Of a DNA stretch of 64,000 nt, positions 25,101 through 37,419 are shown one piece after another. The stretch spans positions 102,610,001-102,674,000 of the forward strand of contig NC_043004.1 of the NCBI RefSeq assembly GCF_006345805.1, given 5' to 3'. The position numbers and the translations under genes were made by a program. Within the stretch, counting starts at the first letter, position 1. Every line of letters begins with the position of its first letter. The notes below the pieces were generated by a model, which searched no databases, was not told the DNA's origin, and was given only the letters and a program-made list of their open reading frames with translations. Source of the stretch: Octopus sinensis. Taxonomy: Eukaryota.

Positions 25101-28100
25101 TGCTATTAGAATGATACACAATGTAAAGCCTCTTTCTCATAGATATGGATATATATTTGATTCAATGTCTGAAAAATGAAAATTTCAGACTGTTACCATA
25201 TTTCTAATTTCGGGAAAGTTACTGAACAAAACTATAATTTTCCAGATTTCTAACAACAGTTTTTAGAGTGTATATTTTTTGATATTTAAAAGGTTTGATC
25301 TTCAGTTGTCATATTGTGTCTTATTATGTACATAATTCCAGACTAGAAACTTTTATTTTTAAACTGATAGTAACTAATTGCACTCTTATCAACTGGACCA
25401 TTGCATTGTAAACTTACTTCCTAACCTCTTATTGTCAGATAATATTAATTGAGAAATTGCTGATAACAAACTCAGGAAACCCAATGTAGATACACAAGAC
25501 CATACAAATTTGTAAATGCTTGATTGTGTTTTCTCTCAAAGATTTTTAAAATACATAACATCATTAAATGTTGTCTCTGGTGCAAATTACAGATATGAAA
25601 TGAAAGCAAGAACAAAACAAGAGTAGTCTATCTAATTGATTTGTTCTTGTTCAGCTTTATATTTCATACACGTATTTTATCATTGGACTGCAGTCATGAT
25701 GGGGCACTGCCTTATAGGATTTTTAGTCAAGCAAATCAACCCCAACACTTTCCTTTAACCCTTTAGCATTTAAACCGGCTATATCCGGCCAAAAGTATTC
25801 TGCCTGTTTTTTGTTCAAACTGGCCAGATCTGGTCTCTCACACCAACCCTACAATGTCATTTTAAAAATTAACTGCTCCCTCATCAAAATCTCATAGCTA
25901 CAAGATAATGCCTGATTAGTTCAAGGCAATGTGGATAAAAAAGGATTAATTTTGGCAGAATAATGTGAACACTAAAGGGTTAAAGTTTGATAGGTTACTT
26001 TTGCAAAGCCCTTAAGTTCTGGGAACATAAACTGGTTATCAAGTGGTGGTAGGAGACAACACAAGGACTCGCGTGTGTTGACCCTCACTATTTGCTTCTC
26101 TTTCTCTATTTGTAAATATATATATATATAGGGATATATAAATAGAGAGAGAGAGAGAAGCAAATAGTGGGGGTCAACAAATGAGATCCAGAGATGCTCA
26201 ATATAGAAAACACTATGTAGTGCTCAAATGATTTGAACTTACACTCTAAAATCTTTATCAGGGACTAATTCTGTGATGTAAAGAGTGACTATAAGAAGAT
26301 CCAGGTGAGCAGATATGGCGACAATATGCTAATAAACACAGTTGGGTTTGATACATAATATATACATATATAAAATATACATACATACATATATGCTTTA
26401 AAGTATAAATATAGGGATATATAAATAGAGAGAGAAAAGCAAAGGCTGAAAGTATTCAGAAGATGAACATTCATATATATTCATATATTTACAAAATAGA
26501 TTTACATGGAATACAAAGGTGTGTACATTCCATCTGCCAACATTATAACTATACATAATTCCGAGCCCCAAGAAACAGCTGTCGGACCTGAAATACCACG
26601 CCCTTTCCCCTTAGTTTTCTGTGCTTTTGTACACCATTTAAATTTGTTCTATAAATATATGAATATCTCTATGCTTATGCATGAGTGTCCATCTGATGAA
26701 TGTTTCCAGTTTTTGTTTCTCTATGTGTATCAAGCCCAAGCATGTTCATTTGCTTATTTGCACCAGTTTAGATGTGTATGTGTGTGCATCGCCTTCCTCA
26801 CAGCAGTTTCCATTTACCAAATTCCTGCACAAAGCATAGGTTGGCCCAAGGCTATAGTAGAACTGAACACCAGACCATGTAGTTGCAAAGCAAGCCTCTT
26901 AACCACATGCCCACACCTTCTTGTGTGCCTGTTTTAATAAACATGCAAACAAATTTAATTATCCTCCATGAAATTCTAAGTAATTTTCATGCCCTAGTCC
27001 TTGTCACGGGTAGCATAAACCTGTAGTTTGAAAGAATAAACGCAGGAGCACTGACAAATGAAATACAGTATAAATATTGTAATTACAATGTAAAGATTAG
27101 ATTGAGTGTCCTGAAATAGATAATCTTATTAATTGTAATTCAACTCAAATATTTAGACATGTAATCATTAAACTAGTACCTAGAATAGGTTTCATTATCA
27201 TCACAGTAGTTTCAGTAAACTGTTATTCTTACTTGATTTCTTTTTCACAAACGTGTATGCATCAGTTATTATATGTTTGCTTTGTTAATGTCAATTCATT
27301 ATTAATTAACAGTGTAACATTTTGTTTTCAGGAATCCTATAAAGTCCCTTTAACATCAGTCCAATGTTGGCATGTCCACTGTGAGCAGTGTTGGCTGAGG
27401 ACTCTGGTAAGTCTTTATTTTATGTTTCATTCATTAATAGACATTCAACTTATATAATAATAATAATGAAATTATTGTATACAGTGCTCAGGTGCACCAC
27501 AACTTGTCAGAAAGTGCATATAAAGTACATGCAGTAATGTAGAAATGTCTGGAAAGTGAACAGTGTACGAGTCAGACACATGCTTGTGTGTGTATGGAGG
27601 GGAGAAAATCAGGTGTAGTGTTGGTGAATCTCAGAAAGCATGGAAGTTTTGAAGGATGCAGTGCTCCGACAACTAACAACTGATGCTGGCAGTTTGTTCC
27701 ATGCTTCAGCGACTCTCAGCGTGAAAAAATGTTTCCTGAAGTCATGGAAGCTGTGCTGTTTTCTTACTTTGTAAATATGTCCACGGGTGTTAGACAGATG
27801 GAGTTTGAAAAGGTGCTCAGAGTTATTGTTTGTAAGATGGTTAATAATTTTATGGGTGTCTGCCAATCAATTTCAAGGTTGTGTGTGTGTGTGTGTGTTA
27901 CAATTCATCGTTGGTATTTGATGAAGACGTCAGAGAATGTCACATTCCCATTTCTTCTTCTCTGATAAATCTGAGGTCTTTTGCTTGTGTTAGGATTTTC
28001 TGTGAGACTAAAACACTGAACTGTGACCAATATGGTCTGGAGTTCTAAACCTTATTACTGTCTTACTTTGAGTCTTCTTATTCCAATTATGCAACAATAA

Positions 28101-29556
28101 TACAGGCTGCCCAACCCATGTATGGGATAAATGTATATAAAACATTAGATATATGTAAAAAGCTTTCAAATATTTCATAATGCTACAATCATTGAATAGA
28201 GCAGTTACAACTCTTAAGATACATATAGGACACCATGTATGAGAAATATTTTTTAGCATAGTGTGCTTCTGTCTGAGAGAAACAACAGTTATTGAATTCT
28301 CTAAATTTTTTCATTGAAAACATTTGATTATTATTCTATAAAGACAGTATATTGTCATTTGTATTAACACTAGTACATTACTTATCCTTATATATCAATC
28401 TTTTGTTGTGGTAGTGGTGTCAGTGTTAAAGTTTGAAAGTAGATCAATAACTAATGAAACTAAATGCATTGAAGTATTTAGTCCAACACTGTCACTCCCA
28501 CCATCTTGCAAAGACCATGGGGTAATGTGATCCTGAATACACTGTGTCTAGGAAAAGACAGGGCAGTAAAGACAAGAGTGTCTCTGATCACTGGTCTGCT
28601 GAATAAAGATTGACCAGCAGAATATTCACTTCCAATGTAGTGGCTCCTCTATTGGTGATTCCACAGTGTTTAGAGGTGATAATCCCACCTAGATGTGAAA
28701 GATACCCACCCAGTATTGAAGACTTGTGTGTGATGATTTAATGTGGAGTTGCCTATTATATACTGACTACTATGATATAATCAGATCTTGAATCTGTATC
28801 AAATGATAAAGTGAACCCAAGAAAATTGACAGACACTAATTTGAAATAGATGAACTCATTGTTATTCTTTGCAAACAGTTACGGTAGGTTAATGTAAGAC
28901 AAGTGTTATATCTAGAAACCCAACAAAATGCCAGCAGCAAATTTTGATTTATGATCTGTTAATAAATTGTCATGTCTACTCAGCCATCTCATTCTCATTA
29001 AGTTTTCTATTAACTACATTAGTCTTTCAATGGATGTTTCCCTGCCAACATTATAAACCATTCTCTGATCCTGCTGTGTTATATTCACCATTCTTACATA
29101 AAAGTTTTTCAATTTATTCATACGTTTGACTGTGGCATTGTGAAGTTACCAAATTCAGATATAGAATTTGTCTGTTCCCCTTGCATTGCTATTGAATAAC
29201 AACTGTAATGTTGTTACAACAGCTTTTCTTCCACACTCCTTAAATATAGATGATGATATACATGTAGGTGTATTATATGTTAACAAATGTCTATATATTT
29301 ATTAAATATTAATTTGTAATGCAAATGTCCAGCTAGCAATGGATATGTGATTCAAGTCCCCTCAATAATACTGTCTACAATTGCTGCCTAAAATGCCTAA
29401 TACTTCTTTATGTTGAAAAATCTGTGTAACTAATTAATTCATTATCTTACATTGTTTTGTTTCTTTTTCTCCATTTTTTGCCAGGGAGCCAAGAAGTTGT
29501 GTCCACAGTGTAATATGATTACATCTCCATCAGATCTCCGGCGAATATTTTTGTAG
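12757..29556 (+). CDS. RNF220: RING finger protein 220 E3 ubiquitin ligase, 3' portion (10 exons; 5' exons not found in window)
   Basis: Manual splicing of ten AG/GT-bounded exons (43+116+130+97+87+50+79+115+75+72 = 864 nt) gives one open frame: TYQRIKCNRQSRLS...VCPICNEKLSGTAQELNEHAELC...YEEYTWAGQTRIRATTMLQGGFAG...DLNVDGDDSEQYGKPQYSEVDIIPC...KCLICMESYKVPLTSVQCWHVHCEQCWLRTLGAKKLCPQCNMITSPSDLRRIFL*. This matches the recalled RNF220 motifs EEYEWCGQKRIRATT, GKPQY and CWHVHCEECWLRTLGAKKLCPQC. Confidence 0.97.
13365..13600 (+). mobile_element. SINE family E (gagctggcagaatcgttagc head; ggtcgactttgcctttcatcc block)
   Basis: Similar to copies at 40105, 41595, 42370, 43410 and 43675. Confidence 0.8.
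14305..14420 (+). CDS. RNF220: RNF220 exon with basic patch and UBZ-like zinc finger (SRSRNKKKRPEEAVCPICNEKLSGTAQELNEHAELCLKK), phase 1 to 0
   Basis: Acceptor ttcaaatag, donor GTAAAA at 14421; CxxC...H...C motif; phases match the neighbouring exons. Confidence 0.93.
14466..14770 (+). mobile_element. SINE family C (tRNA head tggcctagtggttag...gggttcgag; (ACAA)n tail)
   Basis: A-box and B-box-like motifs; near-identical minus copy at 41812-42112. Confidence 0.88.
15166..15295 (+). CDS. RNF220: RNF220 exon (KEQITEDDHVDVEGDDSGEQYEEYTWAGQTRIRATTMLQGGFA), phase 0 to 1
   Basis: Acceptor tcttatctttgccag, donor GTAAAA at 15296; conserved EEYxWxGQxRIRATT motif. Confidence 0.96.
16088..16184 (+). CDS. 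RNF220: RNF220 exon (GSGFQLSSSRLSVDDDIDLNVDGDDSEQYGKP), phase 1 to 2
   Basis: Acceptor ttctttctcttcag; ends at the U12-type donor GTATCCTT; conserved DLxVDGDD..YGKPQ. Confidence 0.95.
16185..17889 (+). other. U12-type (minor spliceosome) GT-AG intron of RNF220
   Basis: 5' site GTATCCTT matches the U12 consensus RTATCCTT. Branch site TTCTTTAAC at 17870-17878 (consensus TTCCTTAAC) lies about 12 nt before the AG at 17888-17889, with no polypyrimidine tract in between. Splicing restores CA+A=Gln and GKPQY. Confidence 0.9.
17594..17813. mobile_element. piggyBac-type MITE
   Basis: TTAA|CCCCTTTG ... CGAAAGGG|TTAA: TTAA target duplication and CCC/GGG termini. Confidence 0.8.
17890..17976 (+). CDS. 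RNF220: RNF220 exon (YSEVDIIPCSADEPEEDRERQALRGAML), phase 2 to 2
   Basis: Resembles vertebrate YTEADVIPCTGEEPGEAKEREALRGAVL; donor GTATGT at 17977. Confidence 0.95.
18923..19347 (+). mobile_element. SINE family A, young full-length copy
   Basis: Complete head, internal (TA)(TG) tract and tail with CpGs retained; reference copy for the family in this window. Confidence 0.92.
20564..20613 (+). CDS. RNF220: RNF220 linker exon (TTIGSMMELSNSTERG), phase 2 to 1
   Basis: Strong acceptor ctcttcttttccattccacag, donor GTAAGA at 20614; phases bridge 17976 and 22369 exactly. Sequence is not recognisably conserved. Confidence 0.8.
22369..22447 (+). CDS. RNF220: RNF220 linker exon (EHKFEPEPSCYQPYNQAVDQGSTSHN), phase 1 to 2
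   Basis: Acceptor tttttttttttcttcag, donor GTAAGT at 22448; open frame with compatible phases. Confidence 0.82.
24046..24160 (+). CDS. RNF220: RNF220 exon (DPRNANNSSQRIISALKCRLKEKEEEKTEEKHKCLICM), phase 2 to 0
   Basis: Acceptor ctattgtag, donor GTATGT at 24161; coiled-coil-like stretch followed by the first RING CxxC. Confidence 0.95.
24196..24680 (-). mobile_element. SINE-like family B with internal 67-bp tandem expansion
   Basis: catcatcatcgtttaacgtccg tail; ggtgctttt anchors at 24423, 24490, 24557 and 24624. Confidence 0.9.
25759..25979. mobile_element. piggyBac-type MITE
   Basis: TTAA|CCCTTTAG ... CTAAAGGG|TTAA; same family as 56499-57067. Confidence 0.85.
27332..27406 (+). CDS. RNF220: RNF220 RING exon (ESYKVPLTSVQCWHVHCEQCWLRTL), phase 0 to 0
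   Basis: Acceptor tttgttttcag, donor GTAAGT at 27407; near-identical to the recalled RNF220 RING core. Confidence 0.97.
27460..27875 (-). mobile_element. 5'-truncated CR1/L2-group LINE 3' end
   Basis: Encodes ADTHKIINHL...TRGHIYKVRKQH..DFRKHFFTLRVAEAWNKLPASVV.C.STASFK, a typical CR1 ORF2 C-terminus, plus 3'UTR and (TAA)n tail. Confidence 0.9.
29485..29556 (+). CDS. RNF220: RNF220 terminal coding exon (GAKKLCPQCNMITSPSDLRRIFL*)
   Basis: Acceptor ccattttttgccag, TAG at 29554-29556; conserved C-terminus. Confidence 0.97.
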   Translation, partial: GAKKLCPQCNMITSPSDLRRIFL

Positions 29557-29945
29557 CAGATTTTCTCCCCCATTAACCTCACACAACTAGCTCTCTCTCT
29601 CTCTTTTTTATTATTTATTTTCAATTATGATTGTGTATAATTTACTCTCCATACACAGTACAAAACAACACTCACTCACCCACACACCACGTCATTGTCC
29701 CTCCATAAGTCAGCTATTCTAATTACATTGTGGTGTCTTTCCAATTCCGGATGCAGAGATCTGTGCTAAATCATCAGGAACAAATGGCAACAGAACTCTC
29801 TTGAATCCTTGACCAAACAGAAAATCACAATAACACGAATACTTAACACCCTTTCTTACCCTCTGGCTCTAGCAAGATCACCAGATGTGAGGACTGATTT
29901 GCAGATTTTAACAATAATAAAAAAAAATATATAAAATTAAAAACA

Positions 29946-29951
29946 AATAAA
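29946..29951 (+). promoter_or_regulatory. Candidate polyadenylation signal AATAAA for RNF220
   Basis: Early AATAAA downstream of the stop. It sits in an A-rich tract and further hexamers follow (~30353, ~31387), so the site actually used is unknown. Confidence 0.25.
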
Positions 29952-30698
29952 AAATATATCAAAGAATTTATCCATTCGGGTAATACAAAAAAAGAAAAAA
30001 AGAAAAGGAAACTTATCTGCATTCTCTTGAATGCGAAATACCTTTTTGGATATTATACACCTCTCGGATCTTTAAATCTGTTAGTGATCTTGAGGTAAAA
30101 ATCACAAAGTAGATTCCACTTTATATAATTCTCTCTACTATTTTGACATCATAAAACCTTTGCTCCAACATTTCTTTTTCTGCCTTTTATTTTTCTACTT
30201 TGACAACAACTCTAGTTTCAGGTAAAACACTCAAACAGACCAAGGGAGACAACCTTGTAGTGTTTTTGATAATTCTTTGCGAAGCTGTTCCATCAATTTA
30301 ATATTTTCTACAAATACCACCAAATGTTATCAGAGTTTGTTATGATCACAGAAAATAAATGAAGAGTTTAATTAGTTCATTGATTACTTAAAGATACTGA
30401 AGAGCTGATCATGAAAAATTACAGATTTCACATACCCTAAAATATATTCACTGTGGTAAAGACAAACTTTCCATGGTAATGAAAAATGTTTTAGACACCT
30501 GTTTAGCCAGATATTGGATACACCAAATGAGGTCTGATCTAAAAAAGTAACTACCAGTATTACCTTTTGCAGCAGTCTTTGATTATCAGAACTATAGGGG
30601 TATTTTTTCTGGGTATGTTAAATGAGTGTTGCACACTCTACCAAACATGGTAAATTCATCATAAATATTGAGCTCAGTCATTTTCCTGTCTCTTTTTC

Positions 30699-31215
30699 AT
30701 CATCATCATCATCATCATCATCGTTTAGCGTCCGCTTTCCATGCTAGCATGGGTTGGACGGTTCAACTGGGGGTCTGGGAAGCCAGAAGGCTGCACCAGG
30801 CCCAGTCTGATCTGGCAGTGTTTCTACGGCTGGATGCCCTTCCTAATGCCAACCACTCCATGAGTGTAGTGGGTGCTTTTTACGTACCACCAGCACAGGT
30901 GCCAGATGAGTCTGGCAAACGGCCACGATCGGATGGTGCTTTTTATGTGCCACTGGCCACAATTGGATGGTGCTTTTTATGTGTCACTGGCACGAGGCCA
31001 GTCGGGGCGGTGCTGGCAACGGCCACGTTCGGATGGTTCTCAGCTGCAATTTCCATTGATCAATTTCGATTCTGATTTTCACTTGCCTCAACAGGTCTTC
31101 ACAAGTAGAGTTTTGTGTCCCAAGAAGGGAAGGTATGCATAAGTGGACTGGCTACATCCCGTGTAGAAGGCCACGGGTTATGGTCTCACTTGTCCTGCCT
31201 GGTCTTCTCACGCAA
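30699..31215 (-). mobile_element. SINE-like family B with extended 5' region
   Basis: Family B body 30699-31040 continues without a break into a further GC-rich block to ~31215. Confidence 0.8.
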
Positions 31216-31761
31216 AAATATTATGACAGTTGTTCTGAGGTACCCTGCATACATCACAAGTAGTTGTATCATAATATGTATAAGGCTGTTGGCAGGATAA
31301 TGTGAGTAACAACAAAAGGAATGAAAGGCAAGTGGCATTTTCCCCTGTTCACATCCTGTTTAACTTTTGCTTTTACACAACTCTATAATAAATATACTTT
31401 TCCTTTCTTGTACTTCACACTCTCTGCCTCTGACTAAGTTAACTATTTGAATTTATTTGCCCTGCCTCTCCCTGCTTCTTTTAAACTGTATTTAGCTTGT
31501 TACTCTCTATCAGACCCTTCCTTTATTCGTTATCACACACCTCTCTAATAAACACTACAGTTTCTTGATCAGAAATTCTCTGTGTAAATTTGTCAGGAAT
31601 TAACTGAAACAAATTTTCTTTATAGTAATTCTGTTCATGCAGTATTATATCATCTGGTTGTGATTTTGTTTTCAAATTTAATGATACTCACTGAGAAACA
31701 AAGATTAGTTTGCTTCAGTTTATTCATCAATGATTTTTTTGGTAGTATTGCCCATTGTGTG

Positions 31762-31997
31762 TGGAGGCGTGTGGCTTAGTGGTTAGGGTGTCAGCATCAT
31801 GATCGTAAGATTGTGGTTTTGATTCCTGGACCAGGCGACGCGTTGTGTTCTTGAGCAAAACACTTCATTTCACGTTGCTCCAGTCCACTCAGCTGGCAAA
31901 AATGAGTAACGCTGTGATGGACTAGCGTTCCGTCCAGCTGGGGAACACATACGCCATGGAAACTGGGAAACCAGGCCCATGAGCCTGGCTAGGCTTT
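31762..31997 (+). mobile_element. SINE: family D head and core with family C-type tail
   Basis: Head ggcgtgtggcttagtggttagg; 3' block gatggactagcgttccgtccag...ggcccatgagcc matches the family C tail. Confidence 0.8.
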
Positions 31998-34116
31998 AAA
32001 AAAAAGGGTGCATTTAATTTTTTTTTATATTTTATTGTCCATTGTGTAGAAATTCTCAGAGCTACTACAAGTTAGCAATGTGAATGGTCATCAAGAATTT
32101 AGAAGATTTTAACTGTTTGTAATAATATAGAAATTGTCCTTGAATGGGTCGTAAAATTACTGTTAATGAAGCAGGTAGCATACCAGTTAAGGAAATAAAA
32201 CCATTCAGGAAGAAGTAAAATGATTTAAGACTGAATGACTCCTAATCTTCTAAGAATGTAATAAGGATGAAATTGAACTGCATTGGCATGCACTACCCTG
32301 GAACAACCAAGTCAGCTTCTACACAGGGCTGTAAATTTTAGCAAAGAACGTTTTTCAACATTGTGTTATACCAATGCAACATGATATACACCTTTTTAAG
32401 TTAGTGGTGATGGATAGGTTGTTAGCACATCCACAAGTTTTGAAAGACACAGGGCACCAAATACCTGAGCCTTATTATTATCATTCCAAAGAAATATGGT
32501 TCAACAGGCTTATTTTCAGTGGCTAGTTTTTCTCATCTCATTCCTGTCCTGCAATCCACAAACACCAGGAAGGTGTTCTCAAACTTTAAAAATATGTAAA
32601 AAGTATGAATACTAAAAGGGAACATGGCTGCATTGTCAGGTCTATATGTAATACGTGATGCATGAAATTGTTTTGGCAAAGATAAGTTCTGAGTGATCCA
32701 ATCTACAATCTTAGGTGTTACAATTACAACCATATCATTTCTATTTGAGGATTAGTATGTTTAGGAGTTGATTCTCCAATGAATTTTTTTTTTAAGACTA
32801 GATTGTGATTTCGAGGGAAATTTGGCTGCTATTTTTACCATACCAAGTGACCCAGTAGGAGCTCTCATTTTGTGATGTTTGATGATAGTGGAGATAGGTC
32901 AGATGAGATTAGAGAGAATTTGTGAAAGAGATATATGATATTGCAGTCTAACTGCTCGCAAATCTTCATATTATATTCTTCCATTTTTAAGAAAAGGCAG
33001 GATGGTCATGGCTGGCATGCTTTTAATCATGGTTAACTCAGGCCTAAACAATAATCTAAATAATGTTTGTAATATAGACACAAGGCTACAAATTGTGGAG
33101 AAGTAAGTGATTGAATGACACCAATACGTGGCTGATAGGGCCTCTCATACTGGACAGAGGCCAGACTAATATGGACCAACTCATCCCAGAGGTAAAAGTA
33201 GATCTGTTTGGGCCAACGCCTGTATCTAGAATGGAAGCAAAGTTACAGAAGCATCACTGCCAAGAAAATCAGGAGGAGGAAGGCCTTCCCTTAAGGAAAC
33301 ATGATGCAATGATTTGCATTTAGTCTGTTGTTGCCAGAACTGTGCAACCAAGCATCTTCTAACACTCAGCCCTGAGTTAAGAACGGCAGAGAAAAGCCAT
33401 CGATGGCTGTGCTCCTAAGGGAGTGAAATGCTTGTAAGTATCAAGATAGGTGGAGAGATTTGTACACAGATTTTTTTCTTTTTAGTTGCACTTGTATGGG
33501 AATCAAATTTTTCAGACCTAACTACATTGTTAATCCGAAATTTGGACAGATCTCTGAATCATTCATACATTCTAAGAATTCTATGATACTAAACAAGAAA
33601 CCTCTAGATTATGTTAGTGCCCTGGCTGTGTTAGCATCTTTAGAAATGTGTAAGTCAAATACAACAAGCCTTTAAGACTAATATATAGTGAAGGCTGGGT
33701 TTTGTTATTTACAATGTTTAAAACACCCGAAGTAATCACATGGTTAAATCTAATGATTAGAGAGAAAGAAATTTACTAATGTCGGCCTCTGGAAAAGGAA
33801 GTAAGGGAGATAACTCAGACCGTTTTTCCAATGACTTCTAAGCCGTCGTCAACGTTTAAACATTGGAAATAATTAAACCCCTTTTTTGTTGGGTAAATTT
33901 ATGGGCAGCACCCACTTAAATTAGCAAATATATTTACATATAACCTATATATAGCTGCTAAATGTGTATGGGGCCTTTGGAAGGCAGAGAAGACTGACCT
34001 CAGGTTCTTGAATTTCACAATGGAAATGACAAAAGGATTAAGATTATTACTGATTCACTTTGCTCAAGATCCAATATCTCAACAACAAAAAAAAGAAAAT
34101 AGGTCCTAAACGCATA

Positions 34117-34305
34117 TCATCATTGTTTAACGTCCGCTTTCCATGCTAGCATGGGTTGGACGATTTTGACTGAGGGCTTGCGAAACAGATGGCTGCACCA
34201 GGCTCCAATCTTGATCTGGCAGAGTTTCTACAGCTGGATGCCTTTCCTAATGCCAACCACTCCGTGAGTGTAGTGGGTGCTTTTTACATGCCACCGGCAC
34301 GGGGG
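34117..34305 (-). mobile_element. SINE-like family B, truncated
   Basis: gtttaacgtccgctttccatgctagcatgggttggacg block. Confidence 0.8.
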
Positions 34306-34812
34306 CCAGTCATTTATGTCTTTTTTCTTTCCATCCAATCTGTACCAAGCCTTACCCACAAATCATCTTCATGACATCCATCCTACCTTTATCTTCCTGA
34401 CTATAGCACTATTTCCTCAGCTGCTGTAATTATACAAGGGCAGAAATGCACATATTTCACACACACCACTTTTGTGCTACTTGTTATTCTTCTCTTTGGA
34501 ACCACTTCCCTTTTCACCCATCCCACATTCACAACATTATTACCTACCATTTTATTTTCCACTGAATGTCCCTTTCCTCTGACCACCTTCTCATATCTGC
34601 CATCAATCCCCCACCCCCTTTGTCACTCACTATGTCTCCCACCACATACTTCAGACTTCTCTCTCTGTCACTGTCCACATCTTCCCCTTTTTCTCACACT
34701 TCACATTATCTCTCTGTTTCTCATCCATCTAATGTTTTATTAGTTTTGCCTTTTTTTTTGTACTCTTTTACTTGTTTCAGTCATTTGACTGTGGCCATGC
34801 TGGAGCACCACC

Positions 34813-35015
34813 TTTCGGAAACATTTCTTCACGCTCAGAGTTGCTGAAGCATGGAATAAACTGCCTGCGTCAGTTGTTGACTGCCATGACACTGCATCCT
34901 TTAAGGCCCTCATGCTTTCCGAAATCCGCCGAAAATACACCTGATTATATATGCACTTTAGATGAGTTGTAGTGCACCTGAGCACTGTACACAATTATTA
35001 TTATTATTATTATTA
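34813..35015 (+). mobile_element. CR1-group LINE 3' end inserted inside a family A SINE
   Basis: FRKHFFTLRVAEAWNKLPASVVDCHDTASFK frame plus (TTA)n tail interrupts SINE A (34760-34812 and 35016-35310, minus strand). Confidence 0.85.
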
Positions 35016-36935
35016 AATTGACCCAGGACTTATTCTTTGTAAGCCTAGTACTTATTCTATCAGTCTCTTTTGCTGAACCGCTAAGTTACGGGGACGTAAA
35101 CACACCAGCATCGGTTGTCAAGCGATGTTGGAGGGACAAACATATACACACACATACACATATATATACATATATACGATGGGCTTCTTTCAGTTTCCAT
35201 CTACCAAATCCACTCACAAGGCTTTGGTCGGCCCGAGGCTATAGTAGAAGACACTTGCCCAAGGTGCCATGCAGTGGGACTGAACCCAGTACCACACAGC
35301 CACTCCTATGTCTATACTGCCTTTTCTCTGTTTCACTCCTATTTCCCTTTATATCCCCACCAAAAAAGAATTCTGAGATTCACTAGTGACCAAGCCCCTA
35401 TCCATGTTCACCTTCCATTGCATTCATCCCTAACCATCTGTCACTCTCATGGCTCTACACATCAAGCCATCCTTGATTCTCTGTCCCTATTCTTTCTTTA
35501 TCTATCCATCACTACCATCTTATCTCCCTTTCCAGCTGGGGTAGCCATATATTTCCTCTACTGCGCAACACCTGTTCCTGTCCCTCTATCACACTTTAGC
35601 TTCTCAACACTTAGCACAAAGCTACCTCCTTCAGTACTACTCCTCTACTCAGTCAAGGGGAGTTTTGTCTTGCAAGTTACATGGTAACCTTACTACTGGT
35701 AGTGCCATGGAAAAAAGTACCCAGTACACTCTGCAAAGTGATTGACATTAAGAAGGGCATCCAGCCATAAAAACCATACCAAATTAGAAACTCAATGTAG
35801 TCTTGTGGCTTGTTGGATCTTGTCAAACCATCCAATTCATGTAAACATGGAACACAGTCATTAGATGATGATAATGATGATCTCAAACAAGATGGGACTT
35901 TGAGATCTAGCATTTGCTTTATCAAAAATTCATTCCAAACCATAATTTCCAAAAATATGAAATTTATTTCCAATTAGCTTAAGAGCCATCCTACTGGGTG
36001 GCTTTGAAGCTAGCTCCTGTGGAGGGCTCTTCATTGGGTCTTGAGCCCAACAGTGACACGTCATGCATTGAGTACATAGTAAATTTTATTAAACTTGACC
36101 AATATTTTTCAAGCAATGAACAATTTTCATCAAAACAATGATATAATTTGTCAACTTGGAACCTATTGCAAAGCTGCATGATAAGCAACAGTTTTGGTCT
36201 TCTCATTCAGGCCACAGTACAATGTTTTTTTTCTAGCTTACCTCTCTCTCTTTCTGTTGGTTTTCAACCACCACCATTGCAACCATAACTGTCATACACA
36301 TACCATTTAGACTTCTGATGCCACCACTATCAATGCCTTTGACTTGGCCACCTTCCCCTCCTCCACCATCACCACTATCAATGTCATCTTACTATCACTT
36401 ACTATCAATGTCATCTTGACTGCCTCAGCTACCGCCACCACCACCATCGCCTCTGCCTCTGTCCCAACTACAGCTCATACTATTACTATCACCCCATTAC
36501 CATCACAGCTATTAATCTACTACCACCTTCACCGTCTCTATGCTCTACTATTACCCCAACCCCAACCTGAGGAATAGTAGAAGTGTCATTGAACAGTGAG
36601 AGAAGGGTTAAAATGTGACACACTGACACACAAATTCATTTTGGCATTTATTATTATAGATTATTTCTTTACTGGATCCTCCTGGCTATCGACTTTCTTG
36701 TTAAAAAGTGAACCACCCTTATTTAAGTGTACCTCTTATACTCATTGAAGAGAATACACGTTAAAAATTAAACACATATTACTTGACTGTACACCTATTT
36801 GAGTCAATTTATGTACTATATATAAAAAAAATTTCCTTACATGAACTTATCTGACAAAGTATAAACTCTTGACACTTACCTCAACATTAAAATCATTTTT
36901 ATCGACATCTCTTTAATCTGTGAATACTTATATAT

Positions 36936-37293
36936 GCAGAGGCACAATGGCCCAGTGGTTAGGGCAGCGGACTCGCGGTTTCGATTCCCAGACCGGGCGT
37001 TGTGAGTGTTTATTGAACGAAAACTTCACGAGGCTCCGGCAGGGGATGGTGGTGATCCCTGCTGTACTCTTTCACCACAACTTTCTCTCACTCTTTCTTC
37101 CTGTTTCTGTTGTACCTGTATTTCAAAGGGCTGGCTTTGTCACTCTCTGTGTCACGCTGAATATCCCCGAAAACTACATTAAGGGTACACGTGTCTGTGG
37201 AGTGCTCAGCCACTTACAAGTTAATTTCACGAGCAGGCTGTTCCGTTGATTCGGATCAACCAGAACCCTCATCGTCGTAACCGACGGAGTGCT
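36936..37293 (+). mobile_element. SINE family C head and body with a different tail
   Basis: Head gaggcacaatggcccagtggttagggcagcggactcgcgg as at 14466; 3' part differs. Confidence 0.8.
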
Positions 37294-37419
37294 TCCACTT
37301 ATATATGCTTATATAAACAACAATACATTTTATGTAAACATTAAATTAAAAAAAGACGGTAAGCACACCACAACCATGAACACAGAGATAAGTAACTAGC
37401 AGACAAGTAAGAACCGTCA

